A stretch of 64,000 bases of DNA from Clostridia bacterium (lineage in GTDB: Bacteria > Bacillota > Clostridia > Christensenellales > DTU072): NCBI GenBank assembly GCA_041670385.1, contig JBAXZI010000003.1, positions 1,618-65,617 of the forward strand. The letters are read 5' to 3'. Shown piece by piece: positions 48,303-57,558 of the stretch (position 1 is its first letter; each line of letters opens with the position of its first letter). The position numbers and the translations under genes are program-made. The notes under the pieces are model-generated. The model saw only the letters and a list, made by a program, of their open reading frames with translations, ran no database searches and was not told the DNA's origin.

Positions 48303-49595
48303 TTATAAACCTTTTCTAATATGAACCAATTTGCCATAATTATCAGTTATTGCATAAGTAAATAATGCGTCAATTACTTCATTTACATCTAACAATTCTC
48401 TAGTATTTATAGCAGTTTTGTGCAATTTTTCTATTAATGGAGTATTTATTTTTTCTGGAATTATTGCATTAAGATAAATATTTTGTTGTGCAAGTTTTTT
48501 CCCTTGACTTTCTACTATACTATTTAATGCGGCCTTAGCTGCCGAATAATTAGTCAAATTTATTCTACCCATAGTAGATGAAGATGAGCTCATTACAACA
48601 ATATTAACTCGCTTATTTAATGTTTTTGCATATTCAATTAATACCAAATTTGCACGCAAATTTACATCAAAAATTTTATCATAAGTCTCTAATAAACCTG
48701 CATCATCAGCAGCATATGTTGCTGCCGTATTAATAATAATATCAGGGACAAAAGGACAAACTTTTTTTATGCTTTCTACCGTTACATGACATAAATCAAG
48801 ATCGTTATGCGTCGGTGCATAAAATTCTGTATCCATAAGTTTTAATTCATTAATTATAGCTTGACCAACACCACCGCTTCCACCAATAATTAATACTTTA
48901 CCTAATTTATATTTAGGTTTTTTTTCATAACTTTTTGAAGAAAATGTATGCAAATAATTAATTCGCATAAGCTGTTCCGCCAAAAACAAATCCTCAGGAT
49001 AAGTTATTTTGAAATTAAAAGCGGTGCTTTTATAAAGCAGAATTTTTGATTTATCTTTTAATTGATTAATTATAGCGGTTTCTTTACTTGTAGCATCAAA
49101 ATCATTACAAATCGAATCAAACCTAAACGCTTCAGGCGTTTGAATCAAATTATAATCTGTTCTTTTTACAAAATCACCAGTAGTTGTTACCAAACTATCG
49201 CTAATTGCTGTTGTTAGTGCAACCGCTGTATTTTTATCTAAAAATTTAATAAACTCCACAAAAATTTCTTTTTTAATAAACGGCCTTGCACAATCGTGAA
49301 ATACGATTTTATCAGCCTTATAATTTTTCTTTACATAGTCTATAGCATTATATATTGATTTATTTCGAGTATCTCCACCTTCTATACATTTAATATTGTA
49401 TTTATTTGAAATATAATTCTCGTTAAATTCCTCTTTATCCGTAACTGCAATAATTTCATCGAAACAATTTGCTGCTCGCATTTCACATATTGTATAATAT
49501 ATTACTTCTTTGCCGTTTAGTTTAAGATATTGCTTATAAACCTTGCTTTTAAAACGCTCACTAGCACCTGCTGCCAAAATTATTCCTACATTCAT
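48303..49595 (-). CDS. Bifunctional IspD/TarI-like cytidylyltransferase + short-chain dehydrogenase (Bcs1/TarIJ-like CDP-ribitol synthase type)
   Basis: N-terminus MNVGIILAAGASERF. C-terminal SDR motifs IIGGSGGVGQAI and YSAAKAAL. Start set at Met28 of the track ORF behind AAGGAAA. Confidence 0.7.
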   Translation of the reverse strand: MNVGIILAAGASERFKSKVYKQYLKLNGKEVIYYTICEMRAANCFDEIIAVTDKEEFNENYISNKYNIKCIEGGDTRNKSIYNAIDYVKKNYKADKIVFHDCARPFIKKEIFVEFIKFLDKNTAVALTTAISDSLVTTTGDFVKRTDYNLIQTPEAFRFDSICNDFDATSKETAIINQLKDKSKILLYKSTAFNFKITYPEDLFLAEQLMRINYLHTFSSKSYEKKPKYKLGKVLIIGGSGGVGQAIINELKLMDTEFYAPTHNDLDLCHVTVESIKKVCPFVPDIIINTAATYAADDAGLLETYDKIFDVNLRANLVLIEYAKTLNKRVNIVVMSSSSSTMGRINLTNYSAAKAALNSIVESQGKKLAQQNIYLNAIIPEKINTPLIEKLHKTAINTRELLDVNEVIDALFTYAITDNYGKLVHIRKGL

Positions 49596-49756
49596 TTTAT
49601 GTTTCCTTACACAACCTTTTTTAGTATTATACAATTTACCACTAATTATGTCAACATATTGCACATTATATAACAATATAAGACATTAATAATATACTTG
49701 CTAATAATTTATTTATATTGTAAAATATAATAAATAATAAAATTTTGGAGTGCAAA

Positions 49757-50389
49757 ATGAATATTGGTGTAGTTTTAGCTGGTGGCAAAGGAAATAGATT
49801 TGGTTCGGATATACCAAAACAATATCTAAAAGTTAATGATAATGAAGTTATTTCATATTCTATTAATGCTTTCAAAAAAAGCAAAACCACTACTGCTATC
49901 ATTGTCGTAGCTAACCCCGAATATGTTTCTCATATAATTGATACATATAAAATTCCTTGTATTGAGGGAGGAAACACACGCAATATTACTATAAATAACG
50001 CACTTGAATTCATCAAAAACAATTATCATGATTGTGATAAAATAATTTTTGCAGACAGTGCAAGACCACTACTTACTCCACAATATATTGATACTGTAGA
50101 TGCTTTGCTTGATACTTTTGATGGTGTAATTACTATTGCAAAAATTACTGATAGCTTAGGTCAAAAAGGAATAGGATTTATTAATCGTGATAATTATTAT
50201 TTGATTCAAACCCCCGAAGCTTTCAGACTTGATGCTTTAAAAGATTTTAAAGCCGACAGCGATGCAACAGCAATTGTTCAACAAGTACCTAGTACAAATA
50301 TAAATTATTGCGACAAACTCGGATATAATTTTAAAATAACATATCCGAATGATTTAAAAATAGCTGAAGTTTTATTGGAAAATATTTAA
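49757..50389 (+). CDS. IspD/TarI-family nucleotidyl (cytidylyl) transferase
   Basis: MNIGVVLAGGKGNRFGSDIPKQYL... Start set behind GGAG. Confidence 0.75.
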   Translation: MNIGVVLAGGKGNRFGSDIPKQYLKVNDNEVISYSINAFKKSKTTTAIIVVANPEYVSHIIDTYKIPCIEGGNTRNITINNALEFIKNNYHDCDKIIFADSARPLLTPQYIDTVDALLDTFDGVITIAKITDSLGQKGIGFINRDNYYLIQTPEAFRLDALKDFKADSDATAIVQQVPSTNINYCDKLGYNFKITYPNDLKIAEVLLENI

Positions 50390-50564
50390 TTTTTCCATAA
50401 TTATTTTTATAATTCTTTGTATAATTGATTTTTCTACTACTTTTTTTGATTTTCCGTAATTTTTTAAAAAAAATTAATGCCTATATTTTCCAATTTACTT
50501 TACATTATATTAAAAATGGTGAATTATTTTCCATTTTTTTACTATCCTAATTTTATAAAAGGTA

Positions 50565-50593
50565 TTGCAATTAACATTAAAATGTACTATAAT
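50565..50593 (+). promoter_or_regulatory. Sigma-70-type promoter (TTGCAA-17 nt-TATAAT) of the reductase/dehydratase-like operon
   Basis: Exact hexamers at 50565-50570 and 50588-50593, 45 nt upstream of the ATG at 50639. Confidence 0.65.
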
Positions 50594-50638
50594 ATGCAAT
50601 AGATAAACTTTTATCGATAAAAATTAAAGGAGCTCAAT

Positions 50639-52918
50639 ATGAAAACAGATTCTGAAGTTCAACAATTAGTAGATAGCTATGGCAATTGGGTGCAAAATGA
50701 TAATTTAGAGAATACTGCCGGTGGTACTGGTAGAATGACTAAAGAATTATATCCCTATGATTCCGTTTTTTCTCCAATCCAAATAAATAGACTTACACTT
50801 AAAAATCGTGTTGTAATGGGACCTATGGGTAATTTGGATATGTGCGAAGAAAACGGACGTCCTAATGACAAAATGTTACAATATTTCTTTGCTCGTGCAA
50901 AGGGAGGTACAGGTTTGTTAACAACAGGATTAATCCCTGTAAGTCACGGAATTGATAGTTCCGTAACAGAACCAGGCGGTTTAAGTTATTTCCCAAGAAT
51001 AGACCGTTCTCGTACCAACTTGATGGGTTGGCGTGATTTATCTCAAGGTGTTCACGCTTACGGAAGTAAAATTTTTATACAACTTACACCTGGACTAGGT
51101 CGTGTTGGTAATCCTAATTGTTTATTAACAATGCACAAACTTCCAGTTTCTGCATCTTGGAATCCTAATTTTTATATAAGTGAGATACCTTGCAAAAGAC
51201 TTTCAGATCACGATTTAAAGAAAATTATCAAAAATTGTGGACAAGCTGCTGCTGATGCAAAAGAATGCGGATTAGATGGTGTATATTTACACGGGCACGA
51301 AGGTTATTTATTAGAACAAATGACAAATCCTGCTTTCAATAGAAGACAACTTGGTAAATATTCTGACCCACAAAAATTTGGTATCGATATTATTAAAGAA
51401 ATTCGTCGTCGTGCTGGCGCTAACTATCCTATTATGTATCGTATAGATTTAAGTTTAGCACTTAACGAAACTTATGGCGAAAAAGGTATGAAAGTTAAAC
51501 AACTTAAAAAGTTCACTAACGGTCGTACAATTCAAGACACACTAGAATATATGGCAAATTTAGTTAAAGCCGGCGTTGATATGTTTGACGTTGATTTAGG
51601 CTGTTATGATAACTGGTGGTTACCACATCCTCCAGCAGGTATGCCTGCAGGCTGTTTCTTGCCTATTAGCAAGATTGCAAAAGATTATTTCAAGAAAAAC
51701 AATATATTGTCTAATGCTGGTGTAGAAGTTCCTATAGTTGCTGTTGGTAAACTTGGTTATCCTGATATTGCTGAAAAAGCTATCCGTGATGGCGATTGTG
51801 ATATGGTAATGCTTGCAAGACCATTACTTGCTGACCCTGACTGGTGTAATAAAGCTTATAAAGGTGAAGTTTCTGACATTTGCCCTTGTATTGGTTGTCA
51901 AGAAGGTTGTATAAACGAATTTGTATTAGGCGGACACCCACAATGTGCGGTAAATCCTCGTACTGGATTTGAAGATATTATACCTCAAGAAATACCAAAA
52001 GCTACTGTTTCAAAGCGTATTGCTGTACTTGGTGCAGGACCTGCTGGTATTATATTTGCACTTAGCTCACTTAAGAGAGGTCACAAAGTAGACTTATACG
52101 AGAGAAATGCAGAAATTGGCGGTAAGGTTATTCCCGGTGGCAAACCTAAAGGTAAATTCGATTTTGAAAACTACTTGATTTATCTAAATAGTAAAATTGA
52201 AAAAGCAAAGAAAAATGCCAACTTCAAATTAATTCTTAATTCTACTGCTGATACAGAATCTCTTAAAAAAGAAGGTTATGACGCAGTCGTATTAGCATAC
52301 GGAATAGATAACAAAGTGCCTGGTTTCTTAAAAGGTATAAACGATGTAAAACACGCTTTTGCAACTGATATATTAGTAAAACCAGAATTGCTAGATGGCG
52401 CTAAAAAAGTTGTTATAGTCGGTGGTGGCGTAGTTGGTTGCGAAGCTGCTTACTTCCTAGCTTACGAACAAGGTATTGATGTAACCGTTGTAGAAATGCT
52501 ACCTCGTTTTATGGAAGGTTCTTGTACAGCTAATCGTGGACATTTACTACATTATATGGAAATAGCTGGAGTAAAACTTCATAATTGCACAAAAGTTACT
52601 TCATTTGAAAAAGGCAAAGTTAATGTTGAAAAGAATTATAATAAGAATGTTCCTAATCCTTATAATTGTTGGCAACCTATACTACCTACTAATATAGAAA
52701 ATCCATTGGCAAAGAAAATTGGTGATGATTTCAAACCTACTTCTTTCGAAACCGATATGGTTCTTCTTGCTATGGGTGGTCGTGCCGATGAAAAAATGTT
52801 CTTTGAAATGCAACAAGCTCACGTAGCACCAGAACTATATAATATTGGTGATAGTGCTAAAGCTGGTAGAGTATTAGAAGCTAGTAGAGCTGCTTATAAT
52901 CTTGCTCTAAAAGTTTAG
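50639..52918 (+). CDS. OYE-family FMN/[4Fe-4S]/FAD oxidoreductase (2-enoate reductase / 2,4-dienoyl-CoA reductase type), long form
   Basis: LKNRVVMGPMGN, HGHEGYLLEQM, CPCIGCQEGC cluster motif, AVLGAGPAGI and VIVGGGVVGCEAA dinucleotide folds. 759 aa with an N-terminal extension of about 45 aa. Confidence 0.85.
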   Translation: MKTDSEVQQLVDSYGNWVQNDNLENTAGGTGRMTKELYPYDSVFSPIQINRLTLKNRVVMGPMGNLDMCEENGRPNDKMLQYFFARAKGGTGLLTTGLIPVSHGIDSSVTEPGGLSYFPRIDRSRTNLMGWRDLSQGVHAYGSKIFIQLTPGLGRVGNPNCLLTMHKLPVSASWNPNFYISEIPCKRLSDHDLKKIIKNCGQAAADAKECGLDGVYLHGHEGYLLEQMTNPAFNRRQLGKYSDPQKFGIDIIKEIRRRAGANYPIMYRIDLSLALNETYGEKGMKVKQLKKFTNGRTIQDTLEYMANLVKAGVDMFDVDLGCYDNWWLPHPPAGMPAGCFLPISKIAKDYFKKNNILSNAGVEVPIVAVGKLGYPDIAEKAIRDGDCDMVMLARPLLADPDWCNKAYKGEVSDICPCIGCQEGCINEFVLGGHPQCAVNPRTGFEDIIPQEIPKATVSKRIAVLGAGPAGIIFALSSLKRGHKVDLYERNAEIGGKVIPGGKPKGKFDFENYLIYLNSKIEKAKKNANFKLILNSTADTESLKKEGYDAVVLAYGIDNKVPGFLKGINDVKHAFATDILVKPELLDGAKKVVIVGGGVVGCEAAYFLAYEQGIDVTVVEMLPRFMEGSCTANRGHLLHYMEIAGVKLHNCTKVTSFEKGKVNVEKNYNKNVPNPYNCWQPILPTNIENPLAKKIGDDFKPTSFETDMVLLAMGGRADEKMFFEMQQAHVAPELYNIGDSAKAGRVLEASRAAYNLALKV

Positions 52919-52926
52919 GAGAATTT

Positions 52927-53697
52927 ATGTTACAAAAAGATACAAAAATAATTGCACTTACGGGGAAAGGGGGGGTCGGTAAGACTTCCCTTTCTGCGGC
53001 AATCATAAAAATACTTGCTGCTAACTATCCTGATAAAAAAATATTGGCAATAGATGCTGACCCTGCTGTCGGCCTTGCTACTGCTCTTGGGATAGAACCT
53101 AAACAAACTGTTAATGACATAAGACAATCAATTATCAGTTCTGTTGAAGAAGGCAAAACTAGTCAAGCACTTGACTTAGTAAGTGAATCACGGTTCCAAA
53201 TTTATGAAACCATTGTAGAAACTGAAGGGTATGCTTTTCTTGCTATTGGTCGTCCGGAATCATCAGGTTGCTATTGCAAAGTTAATGCTTATCTAAAAGA
53301 TGTAATATCTATGCTCGCTAAAGACTTTGATTATGTAGTAATTGATGGCGAAGCTGGTATAGAACAAGTAAATAGGCGTGTTATGGAAAAAGTTACACAC
53401 TTACTTCTTATTTCCGATGCAAGTAAAAAGGGAACACAAGTAATCCAAACTATAAAAAAAGTTGCGGATAAAATGGTAATGTATGACGAAATAGGCTGTA
53501 TTATAAACCGCTTACCCGACGAATCTGTTAAGGAATTTATTGATACAGGCGATATTCCTATACTTGCTTATATCCCTAATGATACAACTCTTGCCACCTT
53601 TGATATTCAAGGCAAGAACATAACCAAACTTCCCGAACAATCTGAAGTGATTGTTGGAGTTACTGAGGCTCTTAGGAAGTTTAAATTAATAAAATAA
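52927..53697 (+). CDS. CooC/AcsF-family P-loop ATPase with CxC metal motif
   Basis: IIALTGKGGVGKTS, AIDADP, SSGCYCKVNAYL, VIDGEAGIEQ. Matches R. rubrum CooC motif by motif (from memory). Confidence 0.8.
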   Translation: MLQKDTKIIALTGKGGVGKTSLSAAIIKILAANYPDKKILAIDADPAVGLATALGIEPKQTVNDIRQSIISSVEEGKTSQALDLVSESRFQIYETIVETEGYAFLAIGRPESSGCYCKVNAYLKDVISMLAKDFDYVVIDGEAGIEQVNRRVMEKVTHLLLISDASKKGTQVIQTIKKVADKMVMYDEIGCIINRLPDESVKEFIDTGDIPILAYIPNDTTLATFDIQGKNITKLPEQSEVIVGVTEALRKFKLIK

Positions 53698-53721
53698 ATA
53701 TTACTATTGAAGGAGAACTCC

Positions 53722-54936
53722 ATGAAAGATCTAAAACATATGATTTATTTCGAAAATCTTCTTGACAGTGCCTATAATGAATTGGTACGACAAGCGAAAG
53801 AAGATGGAAAAAAGGTAATCGGTTACACTTGTTTTCACGTACCTGAAGTTTTATTGAATGTCGATAATTGCTTTTCTGTACGTTTAAGAGCACCAAAATC
53901 TGGTTCTTTCGATATGGCAACATACTATATGACCACAGGTACTTGTGAGTTTGCTAGAGCTATATTAGAAAGGTCAATTGAAGGCGGTTACAACTTTATT
54001 GATGCCCTAGCGGGTGTAGACACTTGTGAAGGTATGAATCGTTGCTTAGAAAACATAGAAGTACAAAATTTAATTACTGGCAAAACTTTCTTTTTATCAC
54101 ACGCTGATATTCCTTTTTGCTATGATGATGATGCGGTTATTCATTATACTGAACAAATTAAACTTAAAATTATGGATAAATTAAAGGAAAATTTGGGTAC
54201 TGATATTTCTGATGCGGCTATCAAAAAAGCTGTAGAAGAACAAAATGAAGTATCCGCAATAATTACTGAAATTGGTAATTATCGTAAAGAATTGAATCCA
54301 TTAATAACTGGCCACGAATTTCACATTCTTAATTTAGTTAGCTATACTTGTCCTAAAAAATTAATTGTTGACAAATTAAGAGAAACTCTAGAAGAAATCA
54401 AAACTAGAGAAGCTGACGCAAAAAATAAATATAGAGCTAGAGTTGTTGTTGTCGGTAGTGAAATTGATGACCCTGATTTAATTACCCTAATGGAAGAATC
54501 TGGTGCACTAGTTGTTGCTGATAGATTCTGTTATGGTTCTTTCCCAGGAAGACAAGTTATCGAACTTGATGAATCCGAAGGTCACGAAGACTTCCTAACT
54601 CAAGTATGTCGTAGATACCTAAAAGATAGTTTGTGTCCACGATTCATGAGTCAAGAAAAAGTTAAATTTAGAGAAGATTTTGCTGAACAATTAGTAAAAG
54701 ATTATAATGCTGACGGAATAATTTATGAACAAATAAAATTCTGTACCTATTGGGGATATGAAAGAACAATAGCAAGCTATATAATGAATAATGAGCGTAA
54801 TATTCCTACACTATCAATTGACAGACCTTATATGTCAAGAACTAGCGGTCAATTGCGTACTCGTGTACAGGCTTTTGTTGAAAGCCTTGAAATAAAGAAG
54901 ATAAAAGCTGCTAGAAAAGCTAAAGAGAGAGGTTAA
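53722..54936 (+). CDS. 2-hydroxyacyl-CoA dehydratase / benzoyl-CoA reductase (HgdB/BcrB-like) family subunit
   Basis: 404 aa. ...KVIGYTCFHVPEVLL... with Cys distributed as in D-component subunits. Start set behind GAAGGAG. Confidence 0.7.
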   Translation: MKDLKHMIYFENLLDSAYNELVRQAKEDGKKVIGYTCFHVPEVLLNVDNCFSVRLRAPKSGSFDMATYYMTTGTCEFARAILERSIEGGYNFIDALAGVDTCEGMNRCLENIEVQNLITGKTFFLSHADIPFCYDDDAVIHYTEQIKLKIMDKLKENLGTDISDAAIKKAVEEQNEVSAIITEIGNYRKELNPLITGHEFHILNLVSYTCPKKLIVDKLRETLEEIKTREADAKNKYRARVVVVGSEIDDPDLITLMEESGALVVADRFCYGSFPGRQVIELDESEGHEDFLTQVCRRYLKDSLCPRFMSQEKVKFREDFAEQLVKDYNADGIIYEQIKFCTYWGYERTIASYIMNNERNIPTLSIDRPYMSRTSGQLRTRVQAFVESLEIKKIKAARKAKERG

Positions 54937-54938
54937 TT

Positions 54939-56507
54939 ATGGCAGAGACAAAAAACACTACGAAAGTAAAAGGTTTAGGAGATCTTTTTAATGGCAAAAT
55001 AGCAACAACTCGCCGTGAGTGGAAAGGCTTTAAGGACACTATGTACGATTTTGGTAGATGGCTAAAATGCTGGAAACTAATAATTATCGGACTTACCTTT
55101 AAAGCACCCATACAAACGGTTAAGAGTTTATTTAGATATAGATGGATGGCATCATATCTTTCTACCCCTGCTTTTGTTGATAGACATACTCTTGGGCTAA
55201 AAGGCTACGAATTAAGATACGCCCATAACCAATTTTTTACTGTTTTAGAACATTCAGTAAATATGCTAGCTACTATGTTAAAAGCAGATAAACACCTTAA
55301 TGGTAATAGTAAAAAAGCGGCAGCACTTCGCAAAAAAATAGTTATATTTGATGAAATGATGCCTTGTCAAATAGGTGGTTTCTTCCCTAATTTGATTTTT
55401 ATACCTATTCAAATGATTCCAGTATTTGAAGCTGGTGAAGTTGACCAATCAGCCAATTTACCTTATATTGATGCAATAGAAAATTTTGGTTTACCCGCTG
55501 ATTCTTGTCCACTACCAGCAGCCGAAAGTGGTTGTGCAGCACTTGATGATTATCCTTTATGCGGTGATTATTTTATTGGTTCTTCAATGCCTTGTGACGG
55601 TTCTGTTAGTGCAACGGTTTTTATGGATAGATATTTCAAATTACCATCATACCAAATAGCACCTCCAGTTCGTTTTAATGAACCGGAAATTCAAGCCTAT
55701 GCAGTTAAGAACATTCAAGGCTGTATTAAATGGTTAGAAGAACAAACTGGCGAAAAATGCGATTGGGACCATTATTTCGAAGTTGCAAAAAGATATAATA
55801 CAGAAACTCAATATATGCTAGATAAATGGGAAATAAATAGAACTCCATATCCACAAGTTTGTGGCGCAAGTTTGGCACTTCATAGAGAATATGCCTTTCA
55901 AGTTGCGGGTAATTTAGATCCTAAATTCGTAAAAAATGATATAAAAGTTCACGATTTAATGATGAAAGGCTACGAACAAGATAAAAAACTTGACAATCAA
56001 GCAAAATACCGTGCAATTGTTTGGGGTTGCCCTGCTCATTATTATAGTAACTTTACTTTTTGGGCACAAAACTGTTGGGGCATTAAGACCCTAGTTGATA
56101 TGGAATGTATGCTAAGTCATCACTTCTTTAATACAGAAGATAAATATAAATCATTAGTTGATTTAGCTACCGCATACGAGCGTATGACAATGCGTAGCCA
56201 TACAAACGGCGGATTTGTAAATGTACTTGATGAATGTTGGAAAATGTGCGAATACTTTAATTGTAATATAGTAATTATGTACTATCACGTTTCTTGCAAA
56301 TCAATGAATGGACTTCAAGGTTTATTTGAAGAACAAGCTCGAGAAAGAGGTATTCACCTTATTTGGGTAGAACACGACCTTTGCGACAGGCGTACAGTAA
56401 GTAGAAAATCAATGCGTGGAAAAGTTAACAACTATATGGAAACTGTTTTCAAAGCAAAACCACTAGACCCAACTCTAGTAGAATATAATGATGATTTAAC
56501 TTGGTAG
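54939..56507 (+). CDS. 2-hydroxyacyl-CoA dehydratase / benzoyl-CoA reductase (HgdA/BcrC-like) family subunit, with about 90-aa N-terminal extension
   Basis: 522 aa, Cys-rich (…ADSCPLPAAESGC…MPCDG…). 2-nt gap to the previous gene. Confidence 0.65.
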   Translation: MAETKNTTKVKGLGDLFNGKIATTRREWKGFKDTMYDFGRWLKCWKLIIIGLTFKAPIQTVKSLFRYRWMASYLSTPAFVDRHTLGLKGYELRYAHNQFFTVLEHSVNMLATMLKADKHLNGNSKKAAALRKKIVIFDEMMPCQIGGFFPNLIFIPIQMIPVFEAGEVDQSANLPYIDAIENFGLPADSCPLPAAESGCAALDDYPLCGDYFIGSSMPCDGSVSATVFMDRYFKLPSYQIAPPVRFNEPEIQAYAVKNIQGCIKWLEEQTGEKCDWDHYFEVAKRYNTETQYMLDKWEINRTPYPQVCGASLALHREYAFQVAGNLDPKFVKNDIKVHDLMMKGYEQDKKLDNQAKYRAIVWGCPAHYYSNFTFWAQNCWGIKTLVDMECMLSHHFFNTEDKYKSLVDLATAYERMTMRSHTNGGFVNVLDECWKMCEYFNCNIVIMYYHVSCKSMNGLQGLFEEQARERGIHLIWVEHDLCDRRTVSRKSMRGKVNNYMETVFKAKPLDPTLVEYNDDLTW

Positions 56508-56521
56508 AAGGAGATAATAAA

Positions 56522-57331
56522 ATGAAATATTTTGGCGGATGTGATGTAGGTTCTACGTACACAAAAACAGTAATTGTTGATGAAAATGGCAAAATGGTGG
56601 CTAATGACACTATAAGAAGCAAAATAAATAGCAAAGATAGTGCTTTACTAGGACTTAATAATGTACTTGGTAAATTACCAGAACTTAAAAAAATTGAAGA
56701 CCTATCATACCTTATAGGTACTGGTTATGGTCGTAATAAAGTACCACAAGCACAAGAAAATATTAGTGAAATTAGTTGTCACGCAATGGGCGTGCATATA
56801 GCTAATCCTAATGTTAGAGCAATAATTGATATCGGTGGACAAGATGTTAAGGGTATTGCTATCGATGATGATGGTACTGTTAAAAACTTTGCAATGAATG
56901 ATAAATGTGCTGCCGGCACTGGTCGTTTCTTTGAAAGTATGGCACGTGCATTTGAATGTACACTAGATGAATTTAGTACATTATCACTAACAGCAAAAAA
57001 TGTAATTCCAATAACTTCACAATGTACAGTTTTTGCTGAATCTGAAGTAATTACTTTAGTAGGTGAAGGTCAACCTAAAGATGAAATCGCAGCTGGTATC
57101 CAATTAGCCGTTGCAAAACGTTGTTTTGTTATGGCAAAGAAAGCCGGAGCAATTGATAGCATAACACTTACAGGTGGTTGCGCTAAGAACAAAGGTTTGA
57201 CAAAAGCTATAGAAAAAGTACTAAAATTAAAAGTTATTGACCTAAATGAAAATGGATATGATCCACAACTAATGGGTGCACTTGGTGCAGCTGAATATGC
57301 AAGACAAAAAGGTTTAGATTTGGAGGTTTAA
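56522..57331 (+). CDS. ATP-dependent activase (HgdC/BcrAD/BadFG family, ASKHA fold)
   Basis: MKYFGGCDVGSTYTKTVIVD, IDIGGQDVKGI, NDKCAAGTGRF (bridging-cluster Cys region), LTGGCAKN. Confidence 0.85.
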   Translation: MKYFGGCDVGSTYTKTVIVDENGKMVANDTIRSKINSKDSALLGLNNVLGKLPELKKIEDLSYLIGTGYGRNKVPQAQENISEISCHAMGVHIANPNVRAIIDIGGQDVKGIAIDDDGTVKNFAMNDKCAAGTGRFFESMARAFECTLDEFSTLSLTAKNVIPITSQCTVFAESEVITLVGEGQPKDEIAAGIQLAVAKRCFVMAKKAGAIDSITLTGGCAKNKGLTKAIEKVLKLKVIDLNENGYDPQLMGALGAAEYARQKGLDLEV

Positions 57332-57333
57332 TA

Positions 57334-57453
57334 ATGATAACACTATTCATTATTTATATTACAAACGCTGATATGAAATTGGTATCTAAAATATATTCTA
57401 TGTTCAATAAATATCACGAAAGAAAAAATAAAAACAATACAAGTAAAATTTAA
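57334..57453 (+). CDS. Possible 39-aa small protein (hydrophobic N-terminus, basic C-terminus)
   Basis: MITLFIIYITNADMKLVSKIYSMFNKYHERKNKNNTSKI. GGAGG lies 7 nt upstream and is embedded in the last codons of the activase gene. Below the track cutoff. Confidence 0.3.
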   Translation: MITLFIIYITNADMKLVSKIYSMFNKYHERKNKNNTSKI

Positions 57454-57558
57454 TTATTTACTTTATAAACAAATAAGAAAGTACTATGCCATTTTATTTT
57501 GGTATAGTGCTTTCATTTATTAATTTTACACATACTAAAAAAAGGGTTATCAAAAACT

